DNA of 64,000 nt from Schizochytrium sp. TIO01 (lineage: Eukaryota; Protista; Bigyra: Labyrinthulomycetes). Both the position numbers and the translations under genes were made by a program. The notes under the pieces are model-generated. The model did not search any database, was not told the DNA's origin, and saw nothing but the letters and a program-made list of their open reading frames with translations. The DNA is taken from contig SMSO01000014.1 in NCBI GenBank assembly GCA_004764695.1, forward strand, positions 3,529,648 to 3,593,647, given 5' to 3'. Below are positions 1-13,600 of the stretch, piece after piece. The first letter of the stretch is position 1. Every line of letters starts with the position of its first letter.

Positions 1-23
1 GAGAACTTGATCATCTCGACCCC

Positions 24-72
24 CAAGCAAGCAAGCAAGCAAGCAAGCCTTCAAGCAAGCAAGCAAGCAAGC
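24..72. repeat. (CAAG)n microsatellite, interrupted once by CCTT
   Basis: Direct reading; explains the KQAS repeats in spurious ORF 7..315. Confidence 0.95.
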
Positions 73-3000
73 CTTCGAGGCCTCTCCGATAGCGTTGCTC
101 CCGCAAGCCTCGACAATGAGCTCCTGAGACCGAGCTTTCATTCATTCAGTCAGCCACCAAAACAAAACAAAACAAACAAAGCACAATCCAAAGCAGTGCG
201 TACGAGTACGCACGAACTCACTGTTCTTTGGTCAGTGCTATGTATGAATGACATCAGTAGGAAGTACCTAATCAGGGCGTCTGTTGGGATTTTCTATGGC
301 GAAGAATGGGAATAGGGTATCGATGACTGACTGACTGATGCAAGGAGGGAATAAGATGATGCCAATGCCCTATCCATCGATGATGGCGGTGGTGGCGACG
401 TTCGCGAGGATGACGCATATACATGCATGCACGCATACCTACCCAGAGTGCTGCATTTGCATCGATTGTAACGAAGGAGAGCGTGGCCATCTCCAAGTTG
501 CAATTCGCGAACCCAAGAATGCGTGCGCTGAGAACCACAGAAGGCACGACGAGTCTGCGCATGAGTGAGTCTGTCTCTAGCTAGAGGAATGAATGCCAGG
601 CAGGTTGGTAACTTCGTACGTGCCTGATGGTGCTCCATTGGGTCTTCTTCTGGCGATGCACATACGTACGTCTGCTGATGAATGCTGCCTGCGAAGATGC
701 CTCTAGCTAGAGCTAGCTAGCTCGAGAAGTGTCGCTTGTGGTACGTATGCTTTCGTGTTTGCCACCAAGACCACTCGTCCCCGGCAATCCAAGAACCAAC
801 GCATGCGTAGAGGCAGACTCTTGCCAGTCAGACGAGGTTTCGACCATACATATTTTCATCCATCTGCTTCCGGAGCGAACAGTCTGCTACATCCAAGTCG
901 CCGTCAGGTGCTTCGAGTTCTCTTGGTTTCCCTGATCAGCTTCCCGTAGGTACAGACAGGTACATGGCGTACTTCGACAGAGAAGGACCTCGCAGAGTAG
1001 TAGAAGGAATGGGCACTTTGCCAGCTAACTGACTATGATAGCTATAGGAGGCGAACTTGACTTGATCAACTCGAAGCTCGCACGCCTATCGAGTCTTACG
1101 TCACCTCGAGTTATCTTGCGTCATCACAATCTAATGCATGAGATTTTGATTGAGAGTCATGATTATTTTCTGACTGCTAGGCTTAGATGCCTACTTTTAT
1201 TCATTAATTTAATTCGTGTTTCGGCACATATATAGTTTTTAAAATTATATATTTTTTTAATTACTTTAACTTTTAACTTTTAACTTTTAACTTTTAACAA
1301 AAACCAAAATAAAAAGCAGAAAACGGTGATAGACCCATAGTAGGGATATATTTTCATTTTTTCAGATGAACAAATTTAGATACGACACTGGCAAACCAAT
1401 CCAAGAGATAGGTACTAGTAGGTTCTCTCTTTATAGCTTAGTGCCTACCTGGTAGTAGCTATGCCTAGTAGATGCTACTAAATACTCCCTGTCTGTTTCA
1501 AGAGTGCTACCATGTGAGAGGAAAGAGCTCTTTGCGAATGAGACGGAGTTCTTTCTCAGTTCACCTGCACATTGCCACGAAAGCTGAGGCTTTATTCTGA
1601 AGCGAGGAGGTGACACAGTGGCAGACACAGACAAGGTGCTTTCGCGCACACAAGCCACTTTGGCGACTTCGAACTGGGGTGGCATTCAGCCTCAAGGTTC
1701 GATGGAGTCCGAGGTGGTTTCCAAACAGCTTGAGCTCCTGCTGAAGAATGCAACCTGCCTGCACGAAGTCCTCCTTGGCACCACAGAAAGAACGAAGGAA
1801 GTGAAGTGAGAAGCGCAGTGAAAGAGGCTGCTGGCGTTCTACTACTCCTTCTCGTCAAAAAGAGTCATCGTGAAGGCTCAACTAGCAAGCTGGTACTCAC
1901 CAAGGGCGTCTTGCACGCTGACTTGGGTGTGAGCTGCACCAAAATAGGCATCATCTAACGATGTTCGCCGTCAAAGTTCGCTGCCAAAGTTCGCTGTTAA
2001 AGTTCGCCGCCGATTTCTGCGCACAGAATTAAAGATGTCTAAAACGCGTCGAGCTGAGAAGCAAGCCATCAGGCCGCGTATCGCATTCACACCGCCGCAG
2101 GCAATCTTCGCACGGAGCAGTCGAACACTCGCCACTACGTAGTACGAAGGCATCTCGTGTTGCTCTGGCAAGTCTGAGACTGTCACACAGTGAATTCGCT
2201 CAGGATGGGCTAGCAAGAACCAAGCACCTACGCCCAGACTTCACGAAGCGTTGCTTGTGCAAGTGACTGGCATGCTGACTGGCTGACACAAGTTCGCAAC
2301 GTGAGGTGTTTCGTGGGCGGAGATTTACCCAGAGGGTCCCAGAATCGAGCACCTGCGCCAAAACATAAAAGCTGAAGTCTTCACCTGCCGATGTGGCAGT
2401 TGCTGCATGCCAGGCAGGTTGTTGACACGACCTCAGCCTGGGCGTCCCAGACTGCAAGGCCTTTCGATTGCTACGTTGTACTAGGTACTACGTCTCACGT
2501 CTCACGTCGTCCTGAGTTTCTTGTCATTACCCGGTTTGAAGAAGATGAATGAATGAATAAATAAGTAAGTTCACAGCTTCTATGACGATGATGGCGGTGA
2601 GATATTCTGCGGGTGGCAAAACACGAGCGAGCAAAGCAGACAGACACATCCGCGCGGAGCTGAGCCTGTCTGAGTCAGCGGCTTCGACTTCATGATTCTC
2701 AGACTTCTTCTTTCGCGGTGTGAGACCAGGATTCAGACACCTTCAAAGTTCGAGACTCAGCCAATAGATTTTTCGTACCACTTCAGCTCACTCAAGGAGA
2801 GATCGTGGATGCCTGTCCAGATGACTTGGTATGGTGCTGCGTTACAAGGAGCGATCCATCAGCACTTTGACAGCGATACCGCGCAGATGCTGAAATCAAA
2901 CAGTTATCTGGCTTCTTCAGGGCTCCAAGTTCTTTCGGAATCTCTTTCGGAATCACAGCCTTGGGATGCCGAAGTCATGAGCATTCTGTTCCGGCGGTGC

Positions 3001-3611
3001 TATGGATAATTTGCTTTTGGAGGTGGCTTTCGCTCCTTGTGAGGAGGTTTTCTTTCTTCTCTGTCATTTTGCTCGCTTAGATCAGGGCAAAACTTGACAC
3101 GTTTGACTACGTGACATTGCGCCATAGCATTCATTGCACAGTGCGGCAAAAGGTTCTCTGTCACACTTTATTATAATTCTCGCAAACTCGAATTGTGTTG
3201 AAGCTGGCGTTGCTTAAGCTTTCGCTGTCCAACAACAATAGTCAGCGCATCTTCGTCCCCGGGGCTAACCGTAGCCGCTGCCAGATCCCAGAGCGGGGTC
3301 CAGTCATTTCCGTTTAATGCTTTCCACGCTGGTTTCAATGTTTTTCGCGGCGCCATGGTTGCAATGGCCACGTTTGCGCACGTATCGAAATCATTGGCCG
3401 CTCGGACGAGTTTCAAGTTGTGCGGAGCATTAGCACGAAGGTCTTCTTTTGAGTATCTTTATGCAACGCCGCCGTGTCTGTGGCCTTCCACTCCAACATT
3501 TATGACGCCAGTAATTGGCTTCTTTTATTTTATTTTATTTTATTTTATAAATAATAAATAGATTAAAAATATGTTAAAATTAAATTAAATTCAACTTTTA
3601 ACTTTCTTTTC

Positions 3612-3668
3612 CTCTTCTTCTTCTTCTTCTTCTTCTTCTTCTTCTTCTTCCTCTTCCTCTTCCTCTTC
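3612..3668. repeat. (CTT)n / (CTCTTC)n polypyrimidine microsatellite
   Basis: Direct reading. Confidence 0.9.
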
Positions 3669-4590
3669 AAAAATAAGCAAAAGAAGAACAACAAAGAAAA
3701 ACAAAAGCTTTTATTATTTATTTCCTATTAGTCAAATTCCAACCAGCCTGTGGAAAAACCTAGCACTACCGAGATCACAGAGAGCCAAGCTATCTTGAAT
3801 GTGAAACCGTACGCGCTGATATGTCAGGCCTCCGCCCTCTTCCTTTTCTGAAGCCAATCTGCCCACCATGGCAGTACCCAAGGTACAAATCGCATTGTCC
3901 AGTACACCACCCAGTTCCCAAAACTTCCACGCAATTTTTACTATTCATGTAGACTACTATGATCCACCACCGTACCTTCTTCTTTCATCTTTTATCTAGG
4001 GAGTAGTAGTACCTCGGCAGAAGTCGGTAGCAGGTGAGTACCACAGAACACGAAGTCTCTTTCGCTCTTCTCTCCACCTTTACAACTAGTTTCAGATGGC
4101 CTATAGAATTCATGAATTCACTCCAAATGAGATGAAGTAAGCTAAGCAATCAATCACACACGAAGCTCTCCGCTCCCCGCTTGCCGCCCAAGAGGTCCCC
4201 TTTCCAATGTTGCTGTCTTCTGCTGCATCTGCTTCGGATCACGATTGCCACAGTACGTACATCCATCTTGAAGCTGGCATCGTTGCGGATACACCTAGTG
4301 GGGCCAGGACCAAAGTGGTCCATGGTGGGCATTTGCAGAGGCAGGTCCTGGCGAAATAGGAATCAACATCGTTGCAAGAAGGCGAAGCAAAGGATATCGT
4401 GATCAGCCGGCAAAACCACAGAATCCAGGCTCGCTCGAGGGTCCGAGGTCCCTCGACCGATCAGGGAATTGCGTTGACCACAAGCGTCAAAACGCGGGTT
4501 CCAAGACACGCTCTCAGCGGAAAGGGACCAAGGTGTACGTGCGTATGTAGCACATGAACCTCTGCATTCATGGAGCATATACATAAATCT

Positions 4591-4756
4591 GTATGTATGT
4601 ATGTATGTATGTATGTATGTATGTATGTATGTATGTATGTATGTATGTATGTATGTATGTATGTATGTATGTATGTATGTATGTATGTATGTATGTATGT
4701 ATGTATGTATGTATGTATGTATGTATGTATGTATGTATGTATGTATGTATGTATGT
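4591..4756. repeat. Perfect (GTAT)n microsatellite, about 41 units
   Basis: Direct reading; generates the MYVC-repeat artefact ORFs in all three + frames. Confidence 0.98.
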
Positions 4757-4906
4757 CTCAGAGATGTACGTTCCTCTGAAGAAGAGACGTGGCCTGCGCA
4801 GAACTCGGCTTTGGGGCTAATGCGGCATGGCTTCTTTGGCTCTGAGTAGGGATGGCGGGTTAGAGGACCGCCCCAAGGACTGCTCGAAGTTGATCTTGCC
4901 TGAAGA

Positions 4907-4942
<36 letters not shown>
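4907..4942. repeat. (CTG)n microsatellite
   Basis: Direct reading. Confidence 0.9.
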
Positions 4943-4943
<1 letters not shown>

Positions 4944-5333
4944 CTGGTGGCTACAGGGTGTTTGGTTCCCTTTTCGTCCGAGTTACAGACACTGTTTTCT
5001 ACCTGATGGCGGCCTCCTACCAAAAGACCTCGAGCTTCGGAAGACCACTCACTGGTTTTACAGAAGAATGGAAAACCAATCCATGATAGTTCGACTCCGA
5101 AAGTTCAGGGCTCCAGCCCACTTGGGCCACTTATCTCTAGAGGAGAGGACCGCGCAGCACACAGAAGGGCAGAGAAACGAACATCACGCATTCATAAAGC
5201 CGCTTTTGCACGCACGATTAATTGCGCAATCCTCCTTTGCGGCCAGAGATCATAAACGCAGTGCTGCCTAGGAACGGATGAATGCGTGAGTGAAAGAATG
5301 CAACATGAGTGCACAGTGGGTCAATGAACGAAT

Positions 5334-5423
5334 GTATTATCGTATTATTGTATTATTGTATTGTTGTATTGTTGTATTGTTGTATTGTTGTATTATTATA
5401 CTATTGAACTATCGTATTATTGT
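5334..5423. repeat. Degenerate 8-bp tandem repeat (GTATTRTT / GTATTATC)
   Basis: Repeated gtattatt / gtattgtt / gtattatc units. Confidence 0.8.
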
Positions 5424-8400
5424 ATGCATGCATCTTCTGCTATAAATCGAGGCAGTTTTGGTTTATTTTATTTGGTCAGAATTGGGAGAAGAAGCCTGTG
5501 CCCAATACCTTGGCAAGGATAGAAGAACGGCTCAGAGCTTAACAGCGTCGCCGTCGTAGTCGTGGCAGCCCGTAGGAGAGTCGTGATGCTCGTATCAGAA
5601 GCGCTGTGGCTCCGTAGTGTACGAACAGAACACGAAAGAAGACATGAGTTGAGTTAGGTAGCAAACACTGAGTCCCGCGAACACACCGTCACTAAAGGAA
5701 TCTTTAGTGCGCCATAACGCGCCTGTAAGGGAAAAGACACCTAAGTAGTGCCCGGTAGGTACCTACCTACCTACCTGCCTACCTATCATTTGGCATCGTT
5801 GCGGTATGGGGGGAAGCGCAGAGGTAATAATAGGTATAAACTTCTTCTTTGTCTCCGACGGTCAGTCCTCGAAATTTTTTGATTATTATTTTTCACTCAC
5901 TTTTTCCATCGTTCTCGTCGGCAGATACGTTCAAGAGGGCAAAATTCTTTCTGGATTAAATTTTAATTTCATAAAGAGAATAATAATCGTAGTTTGAGAG
6001 TATAATTAGCAAAGGTAAAATAAACATTTTTAAAACTTCAAAAATATGTTGAAAATGCAAATACTTTGGCTTTTAGAAAAGAAAAAAAAAAATCAAATGG
6101 AAATTAATTTTCTAAAATAAATCTGTTGACATACTTATAAAATTTTAAAATTTAGCAAGAAAAAGAAAAATGTTATTTTAAAAGTTCATTCCTTGCAATT
6201 TACGACAGAGTAGCGCGAGCAGTTTGATGAGAATCAACAGGAGCATTATCATAAGATCATTGGGTCAACTTTTAGCAGTCATGCTGTCTCCATCATCCAT
6301 TGATTGCCCCATAAATACATGATGTTTTGAAAATTCATGTTCTTGTTTTCAGAGCTGGCGTTTCTATTCTGTGTAAACGATGATCAGAGCATTTGCATAC
6401 CAACACAATGCATTGTATCAAAAGCAACAAATTCTAAAATAATCAATACCAGTCTAAGCAATAGGCAATAACTAAAGAGACAGTAAGAAAACATAAGCAG
6501 TGTGGATAGAAGGATCAAACAAGAATAAATCTATTCAATCTCCAAAGGTTGCATGTATCAAACTTAAATTCTGCGACAAACCTATAACTCCTTGGCGATC
6601 GCGATATATGTCGTAGAGGTAATCGGAACCATATAGCGGAAATTTAGCAATAAAGTCTTGATTGCTTAAGCAATCAGAATACGTTATCCCCCCATAATGC
6701 ATGAAGGACAACTTTGAAGCATCTCGTCCGGGCCTCTACTTATGTTATACTCGACTAAATGCATTCATTTTACATAAAGTCGTTTTACATCTCTTGACAT
6801 ACACTATGTATTCTTGTTCATTTCAACTCAGATGTATAAAGTGTAATTGTTGTGATGCTTGCACGAATCTGACATGTGTTATATATTCTTCAGTCGTGCG
6901 ATGAGGCCTCAACTGAAATTCGCACCATGAGACACCAATCATTTCACAACATATGTAATTTGAGTATTTGATTGATACTGCTAATAAATCTTGGCTAATA
7001 AATCTTTTTGTAGGAGCCTTCGGTGTAAACTCAATTGAGTATAATGATCCTAAATACACAACTTACATATTTTTTCCTAATGACATTAGTTGAACTCGAA
7101 ACTAAGTTTACGACATAGTAGAAAGCATAATCAATTTAATATTCTGTACTTAACAACTTATGTTGATTAAGGAGTGTAAGCTTGAATTCTTTAATACTAA
7201 TTTAAGTTGTTTTATAAGCCACTTAGAATTAGCAAAAGTGCAATCAAAGGCATGTCTTAGCTGATAGAATAAAACAATTTTCCAAACAAAGAAGTTTTCT
7301 AAAACAAAAATATATCTGCCACTCTCGTTGAGAACAGATCACTCGCAATAATTTTTCTTACCCACTTCGAAAACATGTTCCTCTTCTTGTCTTCCACACG
7401 AGTTTATATTCAGCCGGGCTACCAGCTATGATGGTTGGGGCCGCGACTTTTTTGCAAGCTATGGCTAAATGTTCCCAACATATTCTTGCAGAGATCGTAG
7501 TTATTCTGTGTTATTCAAGTAATGTGGACGTTCAAGATTATTTCGTTGCCCCCTCCCTTCGAAATCACGAGGTACATTCGTAGATTCCAATGTGAAGATC
7601 GCACGAATAAGGCCAATCCAATACTTATTTGATCAATGGCTCGCAAACCTTTTAATCATAGGTTGAGCAGTGGGTCTGCCACTCGTTCATTTTCCTATGA
7701 AAAGAGAAAGGCGGGAGGTACTAGCAGACATGATAAAATATAGGTTGCTATAGCTTAACAGATTGCGTTTGTTGAATTTAACCAGTATGTTCTTGCGAAG
7801 CAGTGTACGCCATACAAACATGATCGATTCAAGGTTCATAGATTGCTATCATGATTTCCACTTCTACCATAGGATTTGATATTATGAAAGAAAGCCAAAA
7901 AGAAATCAAAGGACTTCACGAAGGTTGGCTGGCTCTTAAAGTCTTAAAAATTCTGGTCATCAAGTTTATTTAATCAAGTCTTACAAAGCTCACTCGGTGA
8001 AAACCTACGCTATTTCCCAAATAGAACGTGGAAACTGAGCAATGCAGGCTTCTTTAAACACAATACTAGTATTTGCGAAGAAATGAATTAAACAGCAAGA
8101 ATAGTATTCATCCTATTTCACAAAATGATCACAGAATCTTTTAGTAAAGATAATGGAAGTGATATAAATAATCAGCGCTATGCTGCACTAAACAGCTAGA
8201 ATACTCAAGCTTCGCTCTTTTATCTCCTTCTGAGGAAGCTTTAACTGAGAATTATAGATAGAAAGGAAGTTACGATGTTGAGCTGAGGCACGAGAGCCAA
8301 TTAAGAAATAATTTCGGAGTGCTATATGTCTTCTTTTCAAAGGTTTCTTCGAGACGGAACAAGCTTTATCATTGCACTGCTACTAGTACCTAATACATAC

Positions 8401-10690
8401 TGCTTCTCGCGCCATTCATTGACCTGGGTCACGTTTTGATATCGCTTTCTCTAAGCATAGTTAACCTTATGCCTTTGTTCGTCGATTTTAGCTGCCCCCT
8501 TTTGGCGTCCTGGGTTCAGTTTGCAAAAAAACATATATTCATAGGACCCTATGTAACGGGGAAAAGTTGGAATCAATGGAGGGGTGAGCGAGAGACAGAC
8601 TTTGAAGTCTTATCTGTGAGAAGTTCTAGGTAGTAGTAGGTATCCTCATCCTTTTGTATGCTCGATGTTTTGGACACCTTTTTCACTGCACGGAGACCAC
8701 CACGAAGGATCGAAGAACGACGTTAAACAAATTAGCGCTCTCTTTTGACCTTGCAATTCCATAGCATCGGCGTGAAGTCTTGGACAGTTTCACACGAGCA
8801 AGTATTTATTTCTATATTCTATCATTGTACATCGAACACATTTGGTTGAGCTTAGTCGTGTGGACCAATTATAAGGGCATCCATCCAATCTGGCAGTATT
8901 GGCGATATCTCTTGCTAGTTTTGATGGGGAAATAGAGTACCACAGATTCGCTTCAAATTCAACGTGCACCCGTTGCAATGGCTGCATATAACCTAGAGGT
9001 GTAATTCTTCTGGCACACGAGGATCGCTCAACCACTCGAGCTCGAACGCAAGGAAGAGCCATTACAAGACAAGTCAAAACAGCATTCTTTTTCTCATCTT
9101 CAGGAAGACCTTGAACAGAGAAAAGGGCAATGGTGTGCGGACTCAGGCCTTCTCGGACACTCCTTGAGGTGCAATATGCACTGAGAAATAGGGACAAAGC
9201 ATCTTAAGACAAAGCCGTACGTATGTTACCGTGTAAACGCAACCAGGCAATGCTCAAAGAACCGAGATAACAGACAGCTGTCGTCACGAAAGGATAGACG
9301 GGTGGACTAAAGGTGCGGCGTGCTTCGTAAAGTTCGAAAACTAGTTTCAACCACTGTCCCCGAGCTCTTGAGTAAGACGAAAGAGATGAAAATTGAAAGA
9401 CGTTTTGTTAATGAATAAAAAAACGTATTTTAAAATGGTCTTTTCTTCTTTAAAGAAATAGTAAGAATAAAATATTAAAACAAACTTTAAACTACAAGTC
9501 AAATTTCTAGCTTAGCAGAACGTTTGAATAAATGCAAGTTTAGAAGGAAAAAGAGAACGCCGAACATCGAACGTCGAACATTGAGATATGCTAGTATTAA
9601 GTAGAAACCCCTCGCAAGAGACTCGCTTGAACTAGAGTACCATGAGCAAAATATCCACCCCAGCTTCCTTTCTTTTATGTATACAATCTTTGAACCCTCG
9701 AAGAAGCGATTTTGTATGGTTTCATCTTTCTAAATAGGTCTTACAATTCGTGTTTTCTAGAGTTAGATCTCCTTCTCTGTTCTTTCGCAAAAGAACAGTA
9801 CGTACCTTTTATCGAACATCAAGTCAAAACACCCTTCAAGGACAAAAGCAATGACTCCGAGCAAGGTATGATTGGGGGGAGGGGGGGGCTAGAGGAAGCT
9901 CGGAGCTGCCATCCCAGCGTCCCATTCTCGTGTGCCTTTTTGTTATAATAGTTCTCTGCTCGATTCAATAAACCTGTACCTACCTACCCACCCTCTTTAT
10001 TGATAATAGAGTACTAGGAGAGTAAAACGAAGCACACTAAGCACTTGAGAAAACTAAATAGCTGTAAAAGTAATTGTGGGAAAGGCTGGAGGTGAAGTAA
10101 GCCTAGCTGAATCGCTGTTTTAAAGTGTAGACAAGTATTAGTGGAGATTGCAACTGTGATTCCTTGGATGACTTTCGAGGTAGAAATAGAATAGCATCCT
10201 TGTGCGGAATGTCAAGATTTAGCAGGCCTGCCTTTTGTAGCTCCGAACTCAGTTATCGATTGCTGCAAGACTAATGTGCGATCACCTGCCCTTGGAGCAC
10301 TGGCTTTCCTCAAGAAAACAGATAATAGGGTAGTAAACCTCTCTTCACATGACACTAGCTTTAGTGCTACCGGGTTCGACCCAGAGTTTTTATGTCAATC
10401 AAAGTCAACTTCATCATTTCGAAGGATCTTAGAATGAAATTTTGCGAGGAACAAAAACCGTGCTGCATTTCGCAAGGCCAGACGACAAGTGTCCAATCAC
10501 AATAATAAAAAATCCTTGGCAATGCCATGACTTATTAATTACTCACATTACATTATTCACCAATTGTAAAATTCTCAGAGTATTCTCGTTTAAGATCAAG
10601 CAGCAAAAAATATATTTGCAATACTCAAATAGTCTACATATACATGAGAATACAAAGTAAATGTTATAACAGCTATTAACATTTTCTTCC

Positions 10691-13600
10691 CTATGATACT
10701 CTGGTACTCTCAATAGACACGGGAATGCGATGATGTTGAGAAGGTGGTTGCTTCTTTCGACGCGCCGGAAAAGATTGTTCTAGTGCTTGCTCCTTTGGAA
10801 TCTGCTCGTCTATATCCTGCCGCTGCCTGCGACCAGATATGGACCTTGCTCTTGTTAGACGTTTTATCTCATCGATAGAGCGAGTCTGGTTATTCAAGTC
10901 AAGGCCGGTCGCAATCCAGTGTTTTAGAAGATCACGCATACTCCAAATTGTGCTATTAGAGCCAATTCTAACAGGGTCAGATATATTGTTGTTCCCCATC
11001 ACATCAGTCCATGACAGACTGAATCTGCGAGAATTTCGAGGCAGTTCTTCCCAAATTAAGGCTTCTGCAGCTTCTAGACGCAGTTGCCGCTGCCATTCTG
11101 GCCAGGTTTCTAGCCAAATTTCAAAATCTGCACCCGAAACATCAAGAGCGGCACGCCGTGCCTCGTCAATTTCTTCATCAGAAACGTGCATATACTGTGG
11201 GAAAAGCATATCTTCGCTGGATACGGGCAGCTCTAAATCATCCTTCAAGGATATTTCAAAGCGCAAAAATACACAAACGTCGTCTGCAGCAGAGAGACTT
11301 GAGATTTTTCGCACACAGTGCTGATGCACGATTTCGAGACGCATGACTCCAAGTCCCAAACGCCTAAGAGCATTTCTGTCACCTCGTGCTTGACCAATCA
11401 GACCTACAAGAGTAAGTTGATTGAGGGCCCATATTGGTTTATCACCGCAAGCGTCGACAGAATCAACCATATGCCCAATGATCTCGGAGCGAGCATATTC
11501 GTCATTAACTACCGAATTGAGAGCATTCAGGACTCGGCGAGCTAATCCAACCTGCAGATTCTCGTTGCGGAACTCCTTGGACAAACGAAGCTTCGAGAGA
11601 AACTGCAAAACCCCGCGTCGGTCACTAGGCTCAATGTATTGCTCAAGTGGAAGTGTATCCTCTGGTTCTTCACGCCCAGCTTTACGAAACCAGAATGCTA
11701 AAGCGTGCTCAAACGAGGAGAACTCACCACCATTCAGCATGTCTAGCTCTACCCTAGATGCTCGACTACCGGCAAGCTCCAATGTAAGTATATCACCAAC
11801 TGTGCTACGCATATCAAAATGAAATCTTAAGTTTCGTGTCTGGGAAGATCGTAGCCTTGATATCATAGCTTGGGTAATTCCCGATCCAGCAAGGTAAATA
11901 TTATGCTTACCCCCGGAGATTGTAGGACCCCAATCAAATATACAAGTGGGCAGCTCAGTAATATTTAAGCAACCCTCGATGCTGAGATCTTCGCCGACGG
12001 TGAATCGGCGGGGTAGCTTGCAGAGGGCCACACAATCTCGCAGATTTAGTGATTGACCAACTTCAATCGACCGGAGTCTGGCAAGAGCAGTGCAACCACC
12101 CAGATCGAGATTACCCCCTATTTGAAGGTGTCGACCAAGGGAACGAAGATTTCTGCACTTCGGTAATAAGAGGCTACCAGGCACGTGTAGGTCGTCGCAC
12201 AGAGTCTCCAGGCACTCCGCTTCAGACGAGTAGACATTTAAATGAGGTTTAAAACCCTTTGGGAACTTTGTGAGAGAGTTGGCAATAATCCACACGTCAC
12301 CAAAGACCTCAAGGTGCTCTGGTAGGTAGGTCAACTCATCATACAAGGTAAGATACAGATCATCGTTCACAATCCAGCCGTTTGGAAGCTCAAGATTAGG
12401 ACAATTCCATGGGTGGATACGGCCCTGTACCCGCTCCTGAATGTCACTTTGGAGTCTGCGCAGGCCTGTACACCCGAAAAGGTCTAAGTCGCCATCCACA
12501 CGTAAGTCTGCAGGGAGCTCTTCAAGAGCTGTACAGCATCGCAGTCGCAGGTTCCCCGTGCGCAATCGTGAGGGTAGCGAACGAAGACTTGTGCATCCTG
12601 ATAAGTTACATGAACGCTCCACTCGCAAACCTGAGGGAATGCGCTCTAGAGAGGTGCAACGACTCGCATCCAGCATACCCACGCGACGCAGACGAGACGG
12701 TAAGCGCCGAAGCTCTGGGCAATTCGAGAAATTTAAAACATCTTGAACAACTTCAAGAATGCGCGGGGCTGTCTCCAAGGATGCCATATTCGCAGCAAAT
12801 AGGCTCCCTTTAATCCGCGAGGTGGTAAAGTCTAGAGCTTTAATTGAGCTGCACATGCTGACTCCAAGGCCATTGATAATCGGAAGACCAGCGGGAATAG
12901 ATGTTAGACTCGTGCAACCTTGCATCTCAATGTAAGAACCTACATCAATATATGTGCTGATTCGTTTCAGCGATGTGCAATCACGCAAAGTTAACGCACC
13001 ACCAACCATTAAATCATCACCAAGCTCCTCGAGTGATGTGCAATGGTCTAAATCAAGATTTCCCTTAACTTCAAAGCGAGCAGACGTGCGCAGCTTTCGA
13101 ATCTTAGTACACCTTGAGAGATTCATATCGCCTTGTACGATAAGGCGTATCAGAGGCTGTCGTAAATACAAATTGGCACAGCGACTGGCACACAGGTGTC
13201 CGTCAACTTCAAGACTTTCAGGTAAACTTTCCAGTCCGGTTTCAATAAGTCCAAGCGAACCTGTTACGTGCATACTACCAGGTAATTGTTTAAGCTTATC
13301 CAGTCCACTCACATTGAGCGTGCCGTGCAATTCACCAAAATCTGGGAGACTTGATAAAAGCTTAAATGATGTGAAGTCAAGCACTGGTTTTTCAGGGCAT
13401 TTCTTAAGCAGCACGCACAGGGCTTGGTCATTGGCATCTTCTTCTGGAAGGTCAAGGTTCAAGTCCCAGAGTTGCATTAGTGTAAGAGATCGAAGGGCCT
13501 GCACCGTAGTGAAACCACCGTGTCTAAGCGCTTCGCAGACACGCTCGGCCATTTCTATAATCTTTTCTGATGAACTTGAGGACTGAAAATGTTGCATTAG

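Noticed and set aside
4570-4849. Three MYVC-repeat ORFs; also the idea that (GTAT)n...CAG is itself an intron
   Set aside because: These are translations of a microsatellite, and removing it does not join any meaningful reading frame.
10839-13586. Plus-strand ORFs of 130-210 aa inside the LRR-NEL gene (likewise 52037-54087 inside glf)
   Set aside because: They are antisense shadows without recognisable motifs.
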